From contig JACOSB010000120.1 in the NCBI GenBank assembly GCA_016179105.1, forward strand, positions 489 to 64,488: 64,000 bases of DNA, given 5' to 3'. Shown here in pieces: positions 9,127 through 17,932 of this stretch. The stretch is from Candidatus Acetothermia bacterium (GTDB lineage: Bacteria; Bipolaricaulota; Bipolaricaulia; RBG-16-55-9; DRXL01). Every line of letters starts with the position of its first letter. Position 1 is the stretch's first letter. Position numbers and translations under genes: made by a program. The notes under the pieces were generated by a model. It worked only from the letters and a program-made list of their open reading frames with translations. It had not been told where the DNA came from and made no database searches.

Positions 9127-12100
9127 CTATAACTTCTGTTCAAGTGCGTACTCGATCGCTTGCTCCAGCGTCATCGCGCGGCCTTCGGCCCAAGCCGCAT
9201 CCGATGCTTTTTCACTTAGCCGAGAACGAGCTGCTGATACACGGTGCTCGTAGCCCGCGCGCTCTGCCGGGGTCAAGGGTGCACGAACCGCTTCTCGCAA
9301 CGCTTCAGCCTCTCCGAATAACGTGAGCGCGCGCTCTGGCTGTCCTCGAGCGCTGGCGACAGCAGCCAATCCCTCTAACGAATAGATAAGACCCTGCTTA
9401 CTTCCTACTTCTCGGAATAAAGCCAAACTTTGCTCATGGAATGATCGCGCGGCTGTATAATCCCCTTGAGCACACGCCACGAGCCCCAAATTGTCTATGA
9501 CTAACGCTATGCCGGACTTGTTTCCTACTTCACGGTGCAGGGCCAGACTTTCCTGCAGCCGAGCGCGCGCTGTCTCGTAGTCACCCTGGTATAAAGCTGT
9601 ACTCCCTAGGTTATTCAACATGACGGCAATCCCTCGATTGTCTCGCAACTCGTGCTTGATGGCGAGACTCTCTTCGTACAGAGAACGCGCGGTGGCATAG
9701 TCTCCTTGAGCATCGGCCACTTGCCCCAAGTTACTGAGCAGATTCGCAATCCTCTCCTTGTCTCCTAATTGGCGGAAGAGCTGCAAGCTATGCTCCAGGA
9801 GCTCTCGCGCTTTCGCATAATCTCCTTGGTAATGGGCAATCATTCCCAAACTGCTCAGCGTAAGCGTCATCGTATGTTGATCTCCTAGCTCTTGTTCGAT
9901 CGCCAAGCTTTCTTCAAAGAGAGGGCGTGCCGCTTCATAATCTCCCTGACTGTATACGATCAAGCCCAAGTTATGGAGAGCCGCCGCGAGGGTTTTGGGG
10001 TTGCCCAGCTCACGGACAAGAGTGAGGTTTTCTTGAAGCAGGGAGCGCGCCCTGACATAATCACCCTGCAATGAGGCCATAATGCCCACACAGGTAAGCG
10101 CTTTGGATTTTACGTCAGCCGGAACCGTAGTACTGGAGGCTGCCAGCATCGCTTCGGCCCATTGGCGTCCTTCGCTCAGCGGGCCATGCAGATGCCAAAA
10201 TCGCCAGACCGCTGCCATCATTCGTACCCCTTGTTCGACCAACCCTCCTTCAAGGGACCACGCCAGCGCTGCTCTCAGGTTGTTGCGCTCTTGCTCGAGT
10301 TTTTCGAGCCAGCGCTTCTGATTCGATCCCTTCAGCTCTGGCTCGGCCCGCTCAGCTAATTTCATAAACCATTCCAAGTGCTGAGAGCGAATTGCTTCTA
10401 GCTCTTGTGCGCCACGCAGTTTCTCTTGAGCATACTCTCGCACGGTCTCCAATAGCCGATAGCGCATCTCGGGGGCGCGTCGCTCAACGATCACCAAAGA
10501 TTTCTGGACCAAGCGACTGAGGAGGTCCAGGACTTTATGTTGCTCAACGTCCGATTCACCGTTGTAGGGGCGAGATAACCTCGCCCCTACACCCTGGGCA
10601 CACACGCCCTCCACTGCCTCCAACGTAAATCCTCCGGCAAAGACCGAAAGCCGACGTAGCAACGCCTTTTCATTCTCTGAGAGCAATTCCCAACTCCAGT
10701 CCATGGTGGCCCGCAGCGTCTGGTGCTGAGGCAGAGCCGCACGGCGATGACTCGCGAGCAACCCAAACCGATCTGCCAGCCGATCGGCGATCTGCGGGAT
10801 CGATAAGACATTGAGTCGTGCAGCCGCGAGTTCAATCGCCAAGGGCAACCCCTCGAGTTGCTGACAAATGCGAGCCACGTCCCGCGCGTTCTCCGGCGTG
10901 AGAGCAAATCCCGGCTGGCTCACCAGTGCTCGGGTGATAAAAAGACTCACCGCTTCATACTGCGCCAAGATCTTCGGAGCCGGCAGAGGCTCTCGATCGG
11001 GCATAGAGAGCGGCGGCACGGACCAGACCGTCTCTCCGTCTAGTCCCAAGGCCGCGCGGCTCGTAGCTAGAATCTGCAAGTTCGCGCAATTTTCTAAGAG
11101 TATTTTAATTAACTCCGCACACGCGTCTATCAGATGTTCACAATTATCTAAGACAAGGAGCGTCTGCTTGAGTCGCAGATGATCCGAGAGAATCCCTAAA
11201 GTAGGACGATCTGGATGCTCGCGCAGGCCGAGTGCCGAAGCGACGGTCTTCGCGACCAATGTCGGGTCGAACAAAACGCCCAGTTCGACCCACCAGATTC
11301 CGTCAGGAAAATCGGGAAGCACGTCGGTGGCCACTTGGAGAGCGAGTCGGGTTTTGCCGCTGCCCCCCATACCAGTCAGCATCAACAGTCGTGTCTGTAG
11401 GGGCGACCGGCCGGTCGCCCCATCCGTGAGCAAGCGTTTGACCTCAATGATCTCCCTCTCTCGCCCAACGAAACTGGTGAGCGCTGACGGGAGATTGTTG
11501 GGATAAACATATGGAAATGCGGCGACTTCGCCGTTAGAAATTTGCTCTTGCACGGCACGCAACTCGTGAGATGGCTCGGCTTGCAAATGCGTCTTCAGTG
11601 CCTCGACACACTGCTGGTACGTTTGCGAGGCAAGCGCCTGCGCTCCAGCGTGATAATGAAAGAGCATTTTTTGCCGAACGATACCTTCGTTCCAAGGCTG
11701 GAGCGCGAGCGCCCGCTCGCAGCACGCGATCGCACGATCGAGCTGGCGCAGGCGTGCATGAACGTCGGCAAGCCGAGCGAGTGCTTTTAGAAAAAGCTCA
11801 CGCCAACGTTCACGGGGAGCGAGCGTCCACTCTTCATAAAGGTCTTCAGTGAGAAAATCGCCCTGATAAAGTGCGACGGCTCGTTGATAGTTTTCTAGAG
11901 CTTGGAGCCAGCGCCCGGCTTGTTCGGCCTCGTGAGCATCCTGAAAAAATTTCTGAAATGCTTCGGTATCGAGCCAGCACGGAACGTCTTTACTAAAGCA
12001 ATAGCCTTGCAATTTGACGTGTAGGATGAATCGAGAATCTGTGCCCTTTTTGAGCTCCGGCTCCAGAAGGCGGCGCAGCTCGCTGATCCGTCCATGCAAG

Positions 12101-12312
12101 CTGAGCACGGCCTTTCCTAAATCCATCTCTGAAAAGAGCGCTTCGATCAACTGATCTTGCGTGAAGAAGCGACCGCGCTCCGTGAGCAATAGTTTTAGGA
12201 GTTGCTGGGTCTTGCGTTGAGGCCAAGCTTGCAGGGGCGACAGCGTTTTCCCGAGCTGCACTGTGAAGTGCCCGAGCATCGTGATTCGGAGCAAAAGCTC
12301 GTTCATGTTCAA
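9127..12312 (-). CDS. AfsR/SARP-family STAND transcriptional regulator (OmpR-type wHTH + BTAD + NB-ARC/AAA ATPase + TPR array), paralog A
   Basis: N-terminal MLGHFTVQLG wHTH and a BTAD region. Walker A GMGGSGKTRLALQVA. The C-terminus carries about 8 TPR-like repeats of pattern QGDYxxAxxLxEESLxxxRELGD. Transcribed divergently from the fibre-gene block. Confidence 0.8.
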   Translation of the reverse strand: MNMNELLLRITMLGHFTVQLGKTLSPLQAWPQRKTQQLLKLLLTERGRFFTQDQLIEALFSEMDLGKAVLSLHGRISELRRLLEPELKKGTDSRFILHVKLQGYCFSKDVPCWLDTEAFQKFFQDAHEAEQAGRWLQALENYQRAVALYQGDFLTEDLYEEWTLAPRERWRELFLKALARLADVHARLRQLDRAIACCERALALQPWNEGIVRQKMLFHYHAGAQALASQTYQQCVEALKTHLQAEPSHELRAVQEQISNGEVAAFPYVYPNNLPSALTSFVGREREIIEVKRLLTDGATGRSPLQTRLLMLTGMGGSGKTRLALQVATDVLPDFPDGIWWVELGVLFDPTLVAKTVASALGLREHPDRPTLGILSDHLRLKQTLLVLDNCEHLIDACAELIKILLENCANLQILATSRAALGLDGETVWSVPPLSMPDREPLPAPKILAQYEAVSLFITRALVSQPGFALTPENARDVARICQQLEGLPLAIELAAARLNVLSIPQIADRLADRFGLLASHRRAALPQHQTLRATMDWSWELLSENEKALLRRLSVFAGGFTLEAVEGVCAQGVGARLSRPYNGESDVEQHKVLDLLSRLVQKSLVIVERRAPEMRYRLLETVREYAQEKLRGAQELEAIRSQHLEWFMKLAERAEPELKGSNQKRWLEKLEQERNNLRAALAWSLEGGLVEQGVRMMAAVWRFWHLHGPLSEGRQWAEAMLAASSTTVPADVKSKALTCVGIMASLQGDYVRARSLLQENLTLVRELGNPKTLAAALHNLGLIVYSQGDYEAARPLFEESLAIEQELGDQHTMTLTLSSLGMIAHYQGDYAKARELLEHSLQLFRQLGDKERIANLLSNLGQVADAQGDYATARSLYEESLAIKHELRDNRGIAVMLNNLGSTALYQGDYETARARLQESLALHREVGNKSGIALVIDNLGLVACAQGDYTAARSFHEQSLALFREVGSKQGLIYSLEGLAAVASARGQPERALTLFGEAEALREAVRAPLTPAERAGYEHRVSAARSRLSEKASDAAWAEGRAMTLEQAIEYALEQKL
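10564..10590. repeat. GTAGGGGCGAG-loop-CTCGCCCCTAC palindromic element copy lying in-frame inside regulator A CDS
   Basis: gtaggggcgag ataac ctcgcccctac. In the gene frame it is translated as ...QGVGARLSRPYN... Confidence 0.6.
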
Positions 12313-12513
12313 TCCTATCGCTGCCCACTGATCTCGATCTTATCTAACAATCAAGGCGTTGCCAAATGGTTGAGTCAGTCCTCCCCTGTCCATCCAACGG
12401 GGAAGGCCGGCGCGAAGCGCAGGTGGGGCTTGGCCCCCATCCCTGGCCCTTCCCCCCGTAGTGACCCACAGAGGGGAAGGGAAACGATCTCCCAGTAGTC
12501 GTTTTTTTATCTT

Positions 12514-12532
12514 AGAAGGTCACCAGAAGGTC
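12514..12532 (+). promoter_or_regulatory. direct repeat AGAAGGTC-n3-AGAAGGTC (11-bp periodicity), candidate SARP-binding site / promoter of the fibre-gene operon
   Basis: agaaggtcaccagaaggtc lies about 20-60 bp upstream of the first ORF of the + strand block. SARPs bind direct repeats at 11-bp spacing overlapping the -35 region. Confidence 0.3.
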
Positions 12533-12551
12533 GCTCGATTACAGTTAGGCC

Positions 12552-12779
12552 ATGTCTGAGCAAACGATCACCCAGACAAAGGAGTGGAAGCCGATGAGCT
12601 TTATCGTGCGATTTCACCCGGCTCTGCCGGACGGTCAAGAGGACTGGCGCGGCCAGGTCGAGCATGTGCAGACGGGCGAGAAGCGTCCCTTTCGCGGAGC
12701 GCAGCAGCTTATGCAAATCATGGAAAGTTTCTTTGAGCTTGAAGCGAAAGAACTGAATACCGAGGAGGTAAGGCCATGA
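12552..12779 (+). CDS. small hypothetical protein (62-75 aa) translationally coupled to the first fibre gene
   Basis: Its stop overlaps the ATG at 12776 (ATGA). An internal start with an AAGGAG RBS exists at 12591. No recognisable domain. Confidence 0.4.
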   Translation: MSEQTITQTKEWKPMSFIVRFHPALPDGQEDWRGQVEHVQTGEKRPFRGAQQLMQIMESFFELEAKELNTEEVRP

Positions 12780-12805
12780 ACATTCGGAACTTAAAGGAGC
12801 CGGTG

Positions 12806-14326
12806 ATGAAGAATTTCAGAGTGCGGCAGATGTGGGTGGCGGTGTTGACAACCATCTTGATCGTGGCGGGATCAATCGGACTGGCCGAAGCCAAGGCGCT
12901 GTTCGTCGCGAACAACGGACTGGATATCGCTACGTGTGGAGCCATCGCGAGTCCCTGTCGCACGATTAGCAAGGCAATTGAGAACGCTGACCCTGGAGAT
13001 AAGATCATCGTCGGTCCGGGGCGTTATGGGGATCTCGACGGAGATGGAACATTCAATCCGATCCTGGGAGAAGAAAAGGCAGAAGTAGGCACGGGTTGCT
13101 TCTGCATGATCAAACTGGACAAGCCCTTGGACATCGAATCACGGGATGGGGCTGCTGCCACCGTGCTGGATGGCGGCAAAGAACTCAGCGCCGTGGTGGG
13201 CATCTTCGCCAGCAATGTCGTCTTTGGCAGGAAAAAGAAGGGCTTCACTCTCACCCACGGAAACCTCGGCATGTACATCAATTTTGGAACGAGTGGGGTA
13301 AGAGTGGAAGGCAACCTCGTCAGCGCCAATAGCACCCTTGGTTTCAGGATCCATGGCAACGGACATGTGCTTAGCAGCAATCTCGTCATCGCCGACGGCT
13401 TGACGGGTTTCGAACTTAACGACAGCGGACTTGTGCTAAACGGTAACCAAGCTATCGCCAATATGCTTGGTTTCGTCCTTAACGGGAGCGGACATCAATT
13501 GTCGGGCAACATAGCTAGCGCTAATAGCGACAAGGGTTTCGCGATAGGAGGCAATGGGGGGCATCACTTCAGCAGCAATGTCGCCAGTGCTAATGGGACT
13601 GGCTTCGATGTCGCTTTCGGCAATAGTAATGTGTTCACCGGCAACATTGTCCATGGGAATCGCTCCCATGGCTTTTTGATCGAGAGTGGCGCTGGACATA
13701 TGCTCACGGGCAACTCTATTCTGGGCAACGGAGGGTTCGGCATCGATCTAAGTTCTGGCGCCGGTGCCACCATCACCAAGAATAACATCTATGGCAATGG
13801 CGAGGGGCTGCGAGATGACTCGGGGGCAGAAACCAATGCAACCAACAACTTCTGGGGCGCCGCCACTGGGCCTGGGGACAATCCGGCAGACGGGCTCTTG
13901 ATCGGCCCGACCAGCAACACGATCTTCACCCCTTTTGCGACCAAGGAGTTCAAGATCAAGACGGTCACGCCTCTAGCAGAGCCGGGACTCATCATCCTGA
14001 CTGATCCTGAGCAGAGCGAGATTCCGCAAGCCCCTAGTCTGACACCCATTCAGTTCTTGAAAGCGCTGCAAACCAAAGAGGGGTGGCTCTTCCGCACGAC
14101 TGGGAATGTGAGCGCACTGCGGCTGGAGGTCATGGACTTATCCGGCAAGAAAATCTATGACAGTGGGCTCGTGAAGGGACAAACGCTCAGTTGGACTCGT
14201 GTCAACGCAAAAGACCAATCCGTCGCTAAGGGGGTGTATCTCTACCGGCTCACAGCACGCGATCGAGATGGCAATGAAATTCACAGTGAGCTACGCAAGC
14301 TCATCATCGAAAATTTCTTTGAGTAG
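12806..14326 (+). CDS. secreted right-handed parallel beta-helix (PbH1/NosD-like) repeat protein with C-terminal FlgD-Ig/T9SS-CTD-like domain
   Basis: Signal peptide MKNFRVRQMWVAVLTTILIVAGSIGLAEA. At least 9 tandem ~22-aa GNxxxxNxxxGF repeats. C-terminal ...GVYLYRLTARDRDGNEIHSELRKLII. An alternative start at 12776 is also RBS-supported. Confidence 0.7.
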   Translation: MKNFRVRQMWVAVLTTILIVAGSIGLAEAKALFVANNGLDIATCGAIASPCRTISKAIENADPGDKIIVGPGRYGDLDGDGTFNPILGEEKAEVGTGCFCMIKLDKPLDIESRDGAAATVLDGGKELSAVVGIFASNVVFGRKKKGFTLTHGNLGMYINFGTSGVRVEGNLVSANSTLGFRIHGNGHVLSSNLVIADGLTGFELNDSGLVLNGNQAIANMLGFVLNGSGHQLSGNIASANSDKGFAIGGNGGHHFSSNVASANGTGFDVAFGNSNVFTGNIVHGNRSHGFLIESGAGHMLTGNSILGNGGFGIDLSSGAGATITKNNIYGNGEGLRDDSGAETNATNNFWGAATGPGDNPADGLLIGPTSNTIFTPFATKEFKIKTVTPLAEPGLIILTDPEQSEIPQAPSLTPIQFLKALQTKEGWLFRTTGNVSALRLEVMDLSGKKIYDSGLVKGQTLSWTRVNAKDQSVAKGVYLYRLTARDRDGNEIHSELRKLIIENFFE

Positions 14327-14344
14327 GCGTATTCACTAAAACTC

Positions 14345-14364
14345 CCCGCTTTACTGAAAGCGGG
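14345..14364 (+). terminator. perfect 8-bp stem hairpin (cccgcttt-actg-aaagcggg) between fibre genes, possible attenuator/processing site
   Basis: Seen directly in the sequence. There is no U-tract, so probably not a strong intrinsic terminator. Confidence 0.25.
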
Positions 14365-14383
14365 CAATTCCTAAGGAGGAATC

Positions 14384-15163
14384 ATGAATCGTTTCTTAAC
14401 GTTAACGGCTGTGGCGTTCGTTGGCGTGGTGATTTGCGTTGGATCGGCTCAGGCTCAGAACACCATTGTGAAAGTCAATTTTCAATACGCGGTCAAGTTT
14501 GTCTGTGGCCAGAGTGCAGAAGACCATTTACAGGCAGTCAAGGGGATTTACACGACAGCGGTGAACGTGCACAATCCGGGTGTGTTTAACGCGGTCTTCG
14601 CTGAGAAAATAGCCATCGCGCGCCCTCAAGAAATAGCTGGACCCATTTCGAAATTCCGATTATCTCAATTGCCATCGGATGCCGCCTTCGAACTAACTTG
14701 CGAGGAGTTTTCCTCAGATACACAGACCAAATTTGTCACCGGTTTTCTGGTGATCGAAAGCCCTGTGGAACTGGATATCACAGCGGTTTACACCGCCCGA
14801 CCGAGTGATGGCGAGGTCAGCACGATCGACGTAGAAACCATCGCATCTCGTAAGGTGCGCCTCACACTATCGGTCGAGCCAGGGCCACAAGCGGACATCT
14901 CTCTGGTTAACAGCCACGGGCAGTTACACTTTAATGTGATGGGTTTGGAGTGGCAAGTTCAGTCCACAGCGTTGTCTGTCTTTGATTTACAAGGAAAGAT
15001 CGTCTACACGTCGGGCAACATCCAAGGCGCTGCACTAAACTGGAATTTCACTGCGACGAATGGACGAGCGGTGGCCAACGGTGTCTACCTGGCAGTGATT
15101 ACCGCCAGAGGCAAACTAGGTCAGCTGATCACTTCGACGCGAAAAATTGCAGTTTCTCGTTAA
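14384..15163 (+). CDS. secreted protein with C-terminal FlgD-Ig/T9SS-CTD-like beta-sandwich (GVYLAVITA motif)
   Basis: Good RBS (aaggagg). Signal peptide MNRFLTLTAVAFVGVVICVGSAQA. The C-terminal ~70 aa align with the Ig-like module of neighbouring genes. Confidence 0.6.
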   Translation: MNRFLTLTAVAFVGVVICVGSAQAQNTIVKVNFQYAVKFVCGQSAEDHLQAVKGIYTTAVNVHNPGVFNAVFAEKIAIARPQEIAGPISKFRLSQLPSDAAFELTCEEFSSDTQTKFVTGFLVIESPVELDITAVYTARPSDGEVSTIDVETIASRKVRLTLSVEPGPQADISLVNSHGQLHFNVMGLEWQVQSTALSVFDLQGKIVYTSGNIQGAALNWNFTATNGRAVANGVYLAVITARGKLGQLITSTRKIAVSR

Positions 15164-15221
15164 GCACACGGGTGAGCGTTGTGTCGAAAATAATACTTTA
15201 CTAGACGATAAGGAGGTCGCC

Positions 15222-17038
15222 ATGACGCATGTACGCGGAGTTGGTATCTGGCTGGCTGGGTTCGTCCTGGCACTCAGCAGTATGGCCACAACAAGTTGGG
15301 CGGCAGGCCAAGGACCATCCTTCAGCGTCCTTGTCGAGGAGCAAGCTTCAGGGTATCGCTTCTCGGTTCAAGCAGAGGACGTCACTTCAGTTCGGGTCGC
15401 CATCTTGCGCCTGGATGGTCGACGGGTCTTCCAGAGCGATTGGATCGTGGGTCCTACAGTCACCTGGCCGCTCGCAACATCATCCAATCAGACTCCCGCC
15501 CGCGGAGTCTATCTGTACGCGGTGAGCGCTCGCGATCAACACGACCGTGAGCAACGCAAACTGGGCAAGTTGGTCGTTTCCTTCGGAGCGGAGTCCTCAC
15601 TGAGCCTGCCTAGCTTGGACCAGTTAGCAGGGAGTCAGCCTTCGGCCCTTCCCAGCGGAGTGAAGTGGAAAGAGCTTTTAGGCAAAGACAGTTTGGACAA
15701 TTTCCGCATCCAGCGCCAGCCTGGCAAAGGGCAAGCTTTCCAAAACTTGCTCACGCTGGACAATGCCGGGAATTTGAGCGTGGCGCAACTCTGCTTGAGT
15801 GAAGTCTGCCTCGCGAGCTGGCCTAGTGGGGGAGGAGGCACTTTCACGTTAGCAGATGGGTCCGTCACGTTAGCCAAGCTGGCGAACCAGGACTGCGGGG
15901 CGGGCAACGCGATCCGGGGCTGGACCGGTGGAGTGTGCTGAACTGTGCCAGTCTTGGGGGCGGAGGGACACCCAGTGGCTGGGTCGATGACGGTACAGTC
16001 GTACGGTTGGCAGACGCAACAGACAAGGTCGGCATCGGGACGACGGGACCACAAAACTTACTAACTATCGGTCCAAATCCATCTGCTGCCTCCAATGCGA
16101 ATGAATTATTACAGTTGGCAAAGAACGAAGACGCATATATGACGATACGAGATGGAACTGCTACTGCTCTTTTGGGCACTACTAGCGGTCTTCCCTTCGT
16201 TGGTAGCCAATCGAATCATGACTTTACCATTCGCACGAACAATGCAGAGAAGGTCAGGATTACAACAAGCGGCAACGTCGGCATCGGGACTATTAGCCCC
16301 AATACGCGGTTGGAAGTGCAAGGCCCGGATACAAATCTTGACACGAAAGCCTTCAAGGTTAGCAACTCAATTGGCTTTGCCGGGTTGATCGTTTGGGACG
16401 ACGGAACTGTGCAAATCGGGACCCTTGTCGACAACCCGAAGACACAACATGCTTGCCTGACCCTCGGACTTTATTTCGCCACGTGCAGTTCCGCCGCCGA
16501 GTATGTTCCCACTGTTGATGAAGGACAGGGTTATCCCATCGCGGGTGATTTAGTCAGTATCGCGCCCACCCTCAAGAATCCGTATAGCGATGATCACGGT
16601 CCCTTCGTGGTCGCCAAGACGAACAAGCCCTGCGACGAGAATCTAATCGGATTTATTCTCGACCCCAAGTTGGGTGCTGACGGCAAGAAACTCAACGAGC
16701 ACTATATGCCGCTCGGCATCTACGGCTACTTCCCTGCGAAAGTCACGATGGAGAATGGGCCTATTAAGCGCGGCGATCCGATCACGTCCAGTTCCAAACC
16801 CGGCTACGGGATGAAAGCGACGCAAGCCTGCAAGATCATCGGCTATGCGCTCGAAGACGCGGACAAAGAAGGTACGATTCAAGTCTTCGCGCATCTGAGC
16901 GAGAATGCCGCACCGGAAGTGACGGCGCTGCGTGCGAAAGTGAGCGAATTAGAGCAAGCAAGAGCTCAGGAGAACGAGGAGTTCCGCAAGAGAATCGAGA
17001 CGCTAGAGAAGATCGTAGCAAGGCTCACGGCTAAGTGA
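15222..17038 (+). pseudogene. fibre-family protein (type I N-terminal Ig-like domain + IGTTxP repeats + family-A C-terminal domain + coiled coil) interrupted by a frameshift at ~15931-15941
   Basis: ORFs 15147..15941 and 15935..17038 are collinear with the intact paralog 17933..19756. The paralog has GWTGGVLNCISVGGGG; here GWTGGVC* is followed by LNCASLGGGG in another frame. Nucleotide alignment shows 2 extra nt (gtgtGCtgaactg vs gtgttgaactg). Confidence 0.6.
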
Positions 17039-17065
17039 TGTGAATGGCTTCGGGGCTTGGTGGGA

Positions 17066-17518
17066 TCATTGCGACTCGGCAAGCCCCCACATGCCCAGCC
17101 ACTGTATCCGTTTGGCTAGCGGCGCGTGACTCAAAGCTTTCACCAGCCGTTGGTCCGCCGTGATGAAGACCGCATCGCGCTGCTCAGCCAATGCCACATA
17201 CAAAGCATCGTAGACGCTGCGCTGGTAAACCCGAGCAATCTCCCAGGCGCTCTCCACAAGGGAAAGCGACGCATACAGCTGAATCGGAAAGGAAGTACGA
17301 ATATGACCAAGAACCTGCTGCACCTCCGACGGTGCAAGCTCCCCGAGCCTGTGCTTCTTCCAAAGGATATTGCCCAACTCGGCCACAATCAGATCTGGCG
17401 CGAGCAGACGGCTGTCCTCCTCGGCAGCGGCTTCCAAAAATTGTTCGGCTTGGCCGGAGAGAACTTCCGGCAGATACCATTTGATCGCCACGCTGGCATC
17501 CACGACGAAGCGCTTCAT
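17066..17518 (-). CDS. vapC: PIN-domain toxin VapC
   Basis: MKRFVVDASVAIKWYLPE... carries the conserved acidic residues of a PIN domain. Overlaps the upstream antitoxin stop by 4 nt. Confidence 0.8.
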   Translation of the reverse strand: MKRFVVDASVAIKWYLPEVLSGQAEQFLEAAAEEDSRLLAPDLIVAELGNILWKKHRLGELAPSEVQQVLGHIRTSFPIQLYASLSLVESAWEIARVYQRSVYDALYVALAEQRDAVFITADQRLVKALSHAPLAKRIQWLGMWGLAESQ

Positions 17519-17751
17519 CGGCGGCGGTCCTCGCGCAGCAAGTGGACGCTGTCGCTGAAGGTGCGGCCGGAGCGGGTGAGCTTGCGGCGGAGTCGGCGGG
17601 TGCCGGCGAGCGCCTCGTGGGCCGAATGTTTTACGGAATCTTCCAAGATCGCTCTCAACTCTTGTTGGAGCGAGCGATGCTGTCGGATGGCACGTTCTTT
17701 GAGAGTCTTCAGCACCTTGTCGGGTACATCACGTATTAAGATATTGGGCAC
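17515..17751 (-). CDS. vapB: VapB-type antitoxin (ribbon-helix-helix/FitA-like), probable GTG start
   Basis: N-terminus (M)PNILIRDVPDKVLKTLKERAIRQHRSLQQELRAIL is a typical RHH antitoxin. AAAGGA RBS sits 8 nt upstream of the GTG. The longer ATG-initiated ORF (to 17808) is also possible. Confidence 0.6.
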   Translation of the reverse strand: MPNILIRDVPDKVLKTLKERAIRQHRSLQQELRAILEDSVKHSAHEALAGTRRLRRKLTRSGRTFSDSVHLLREDRRR

Positions 17752-17769
17752 AGTAGGATTCCTTTCTGA

Positions 17770-17786
17770 TGCTATCACAATGATAG
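17770..17786. promoter_or_regulatory. perfect inverted repeat GCTATCA-caa-TGATAGC immediately upstream of vapB, candidate autoregulatory operator
   Basis: Seen directly in the sequence. TA operons are typically autorepressed via palindromes at the promoter. Confidence 0.4.
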
Positions 17787-17806
17787 CAAAGGCTTCTATG
17801 GGGAGC

Positions 17807-17913
17807 AAAGAACCAATCCATCGCCAGCGGAGTTTATCTGTATCGACTCACCCCGCGCGATCGAGACGGCAATGAAACTCAGAGCGAGCTACGCAAGCTC
17901 ATCATCTTAAAGT
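17807..17913 (+). pseudogene. 3' remnant (last ~35 codons) of a beta-helix/Ig-like paralog of gene 12806..14326, truncated by the vapBC insertion
   Basis: Nucleotide and protein match to 14208..14326. Remnant KNQSIASGVYLYRLTPRDRDGNETQSELRKLIILK* versus KDQSVAKGVYLYRLTARDRDGNEIHSELRKLIIENFFE*. Confidence 0.6.
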
Positions 17914-17932
17914 AAACCAAAGGAGGTACACC

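Noticed and set aside
12400-12470. Hairpin cccttcccc...ggggaaggg in the regulator A / fibre-operon intergenic region as another copy of the palindromic element family
   Set aside because: Its stem sequence is unrelated to the GTAGGGGCG family. It was kept only as a possible local promoter-region structure.
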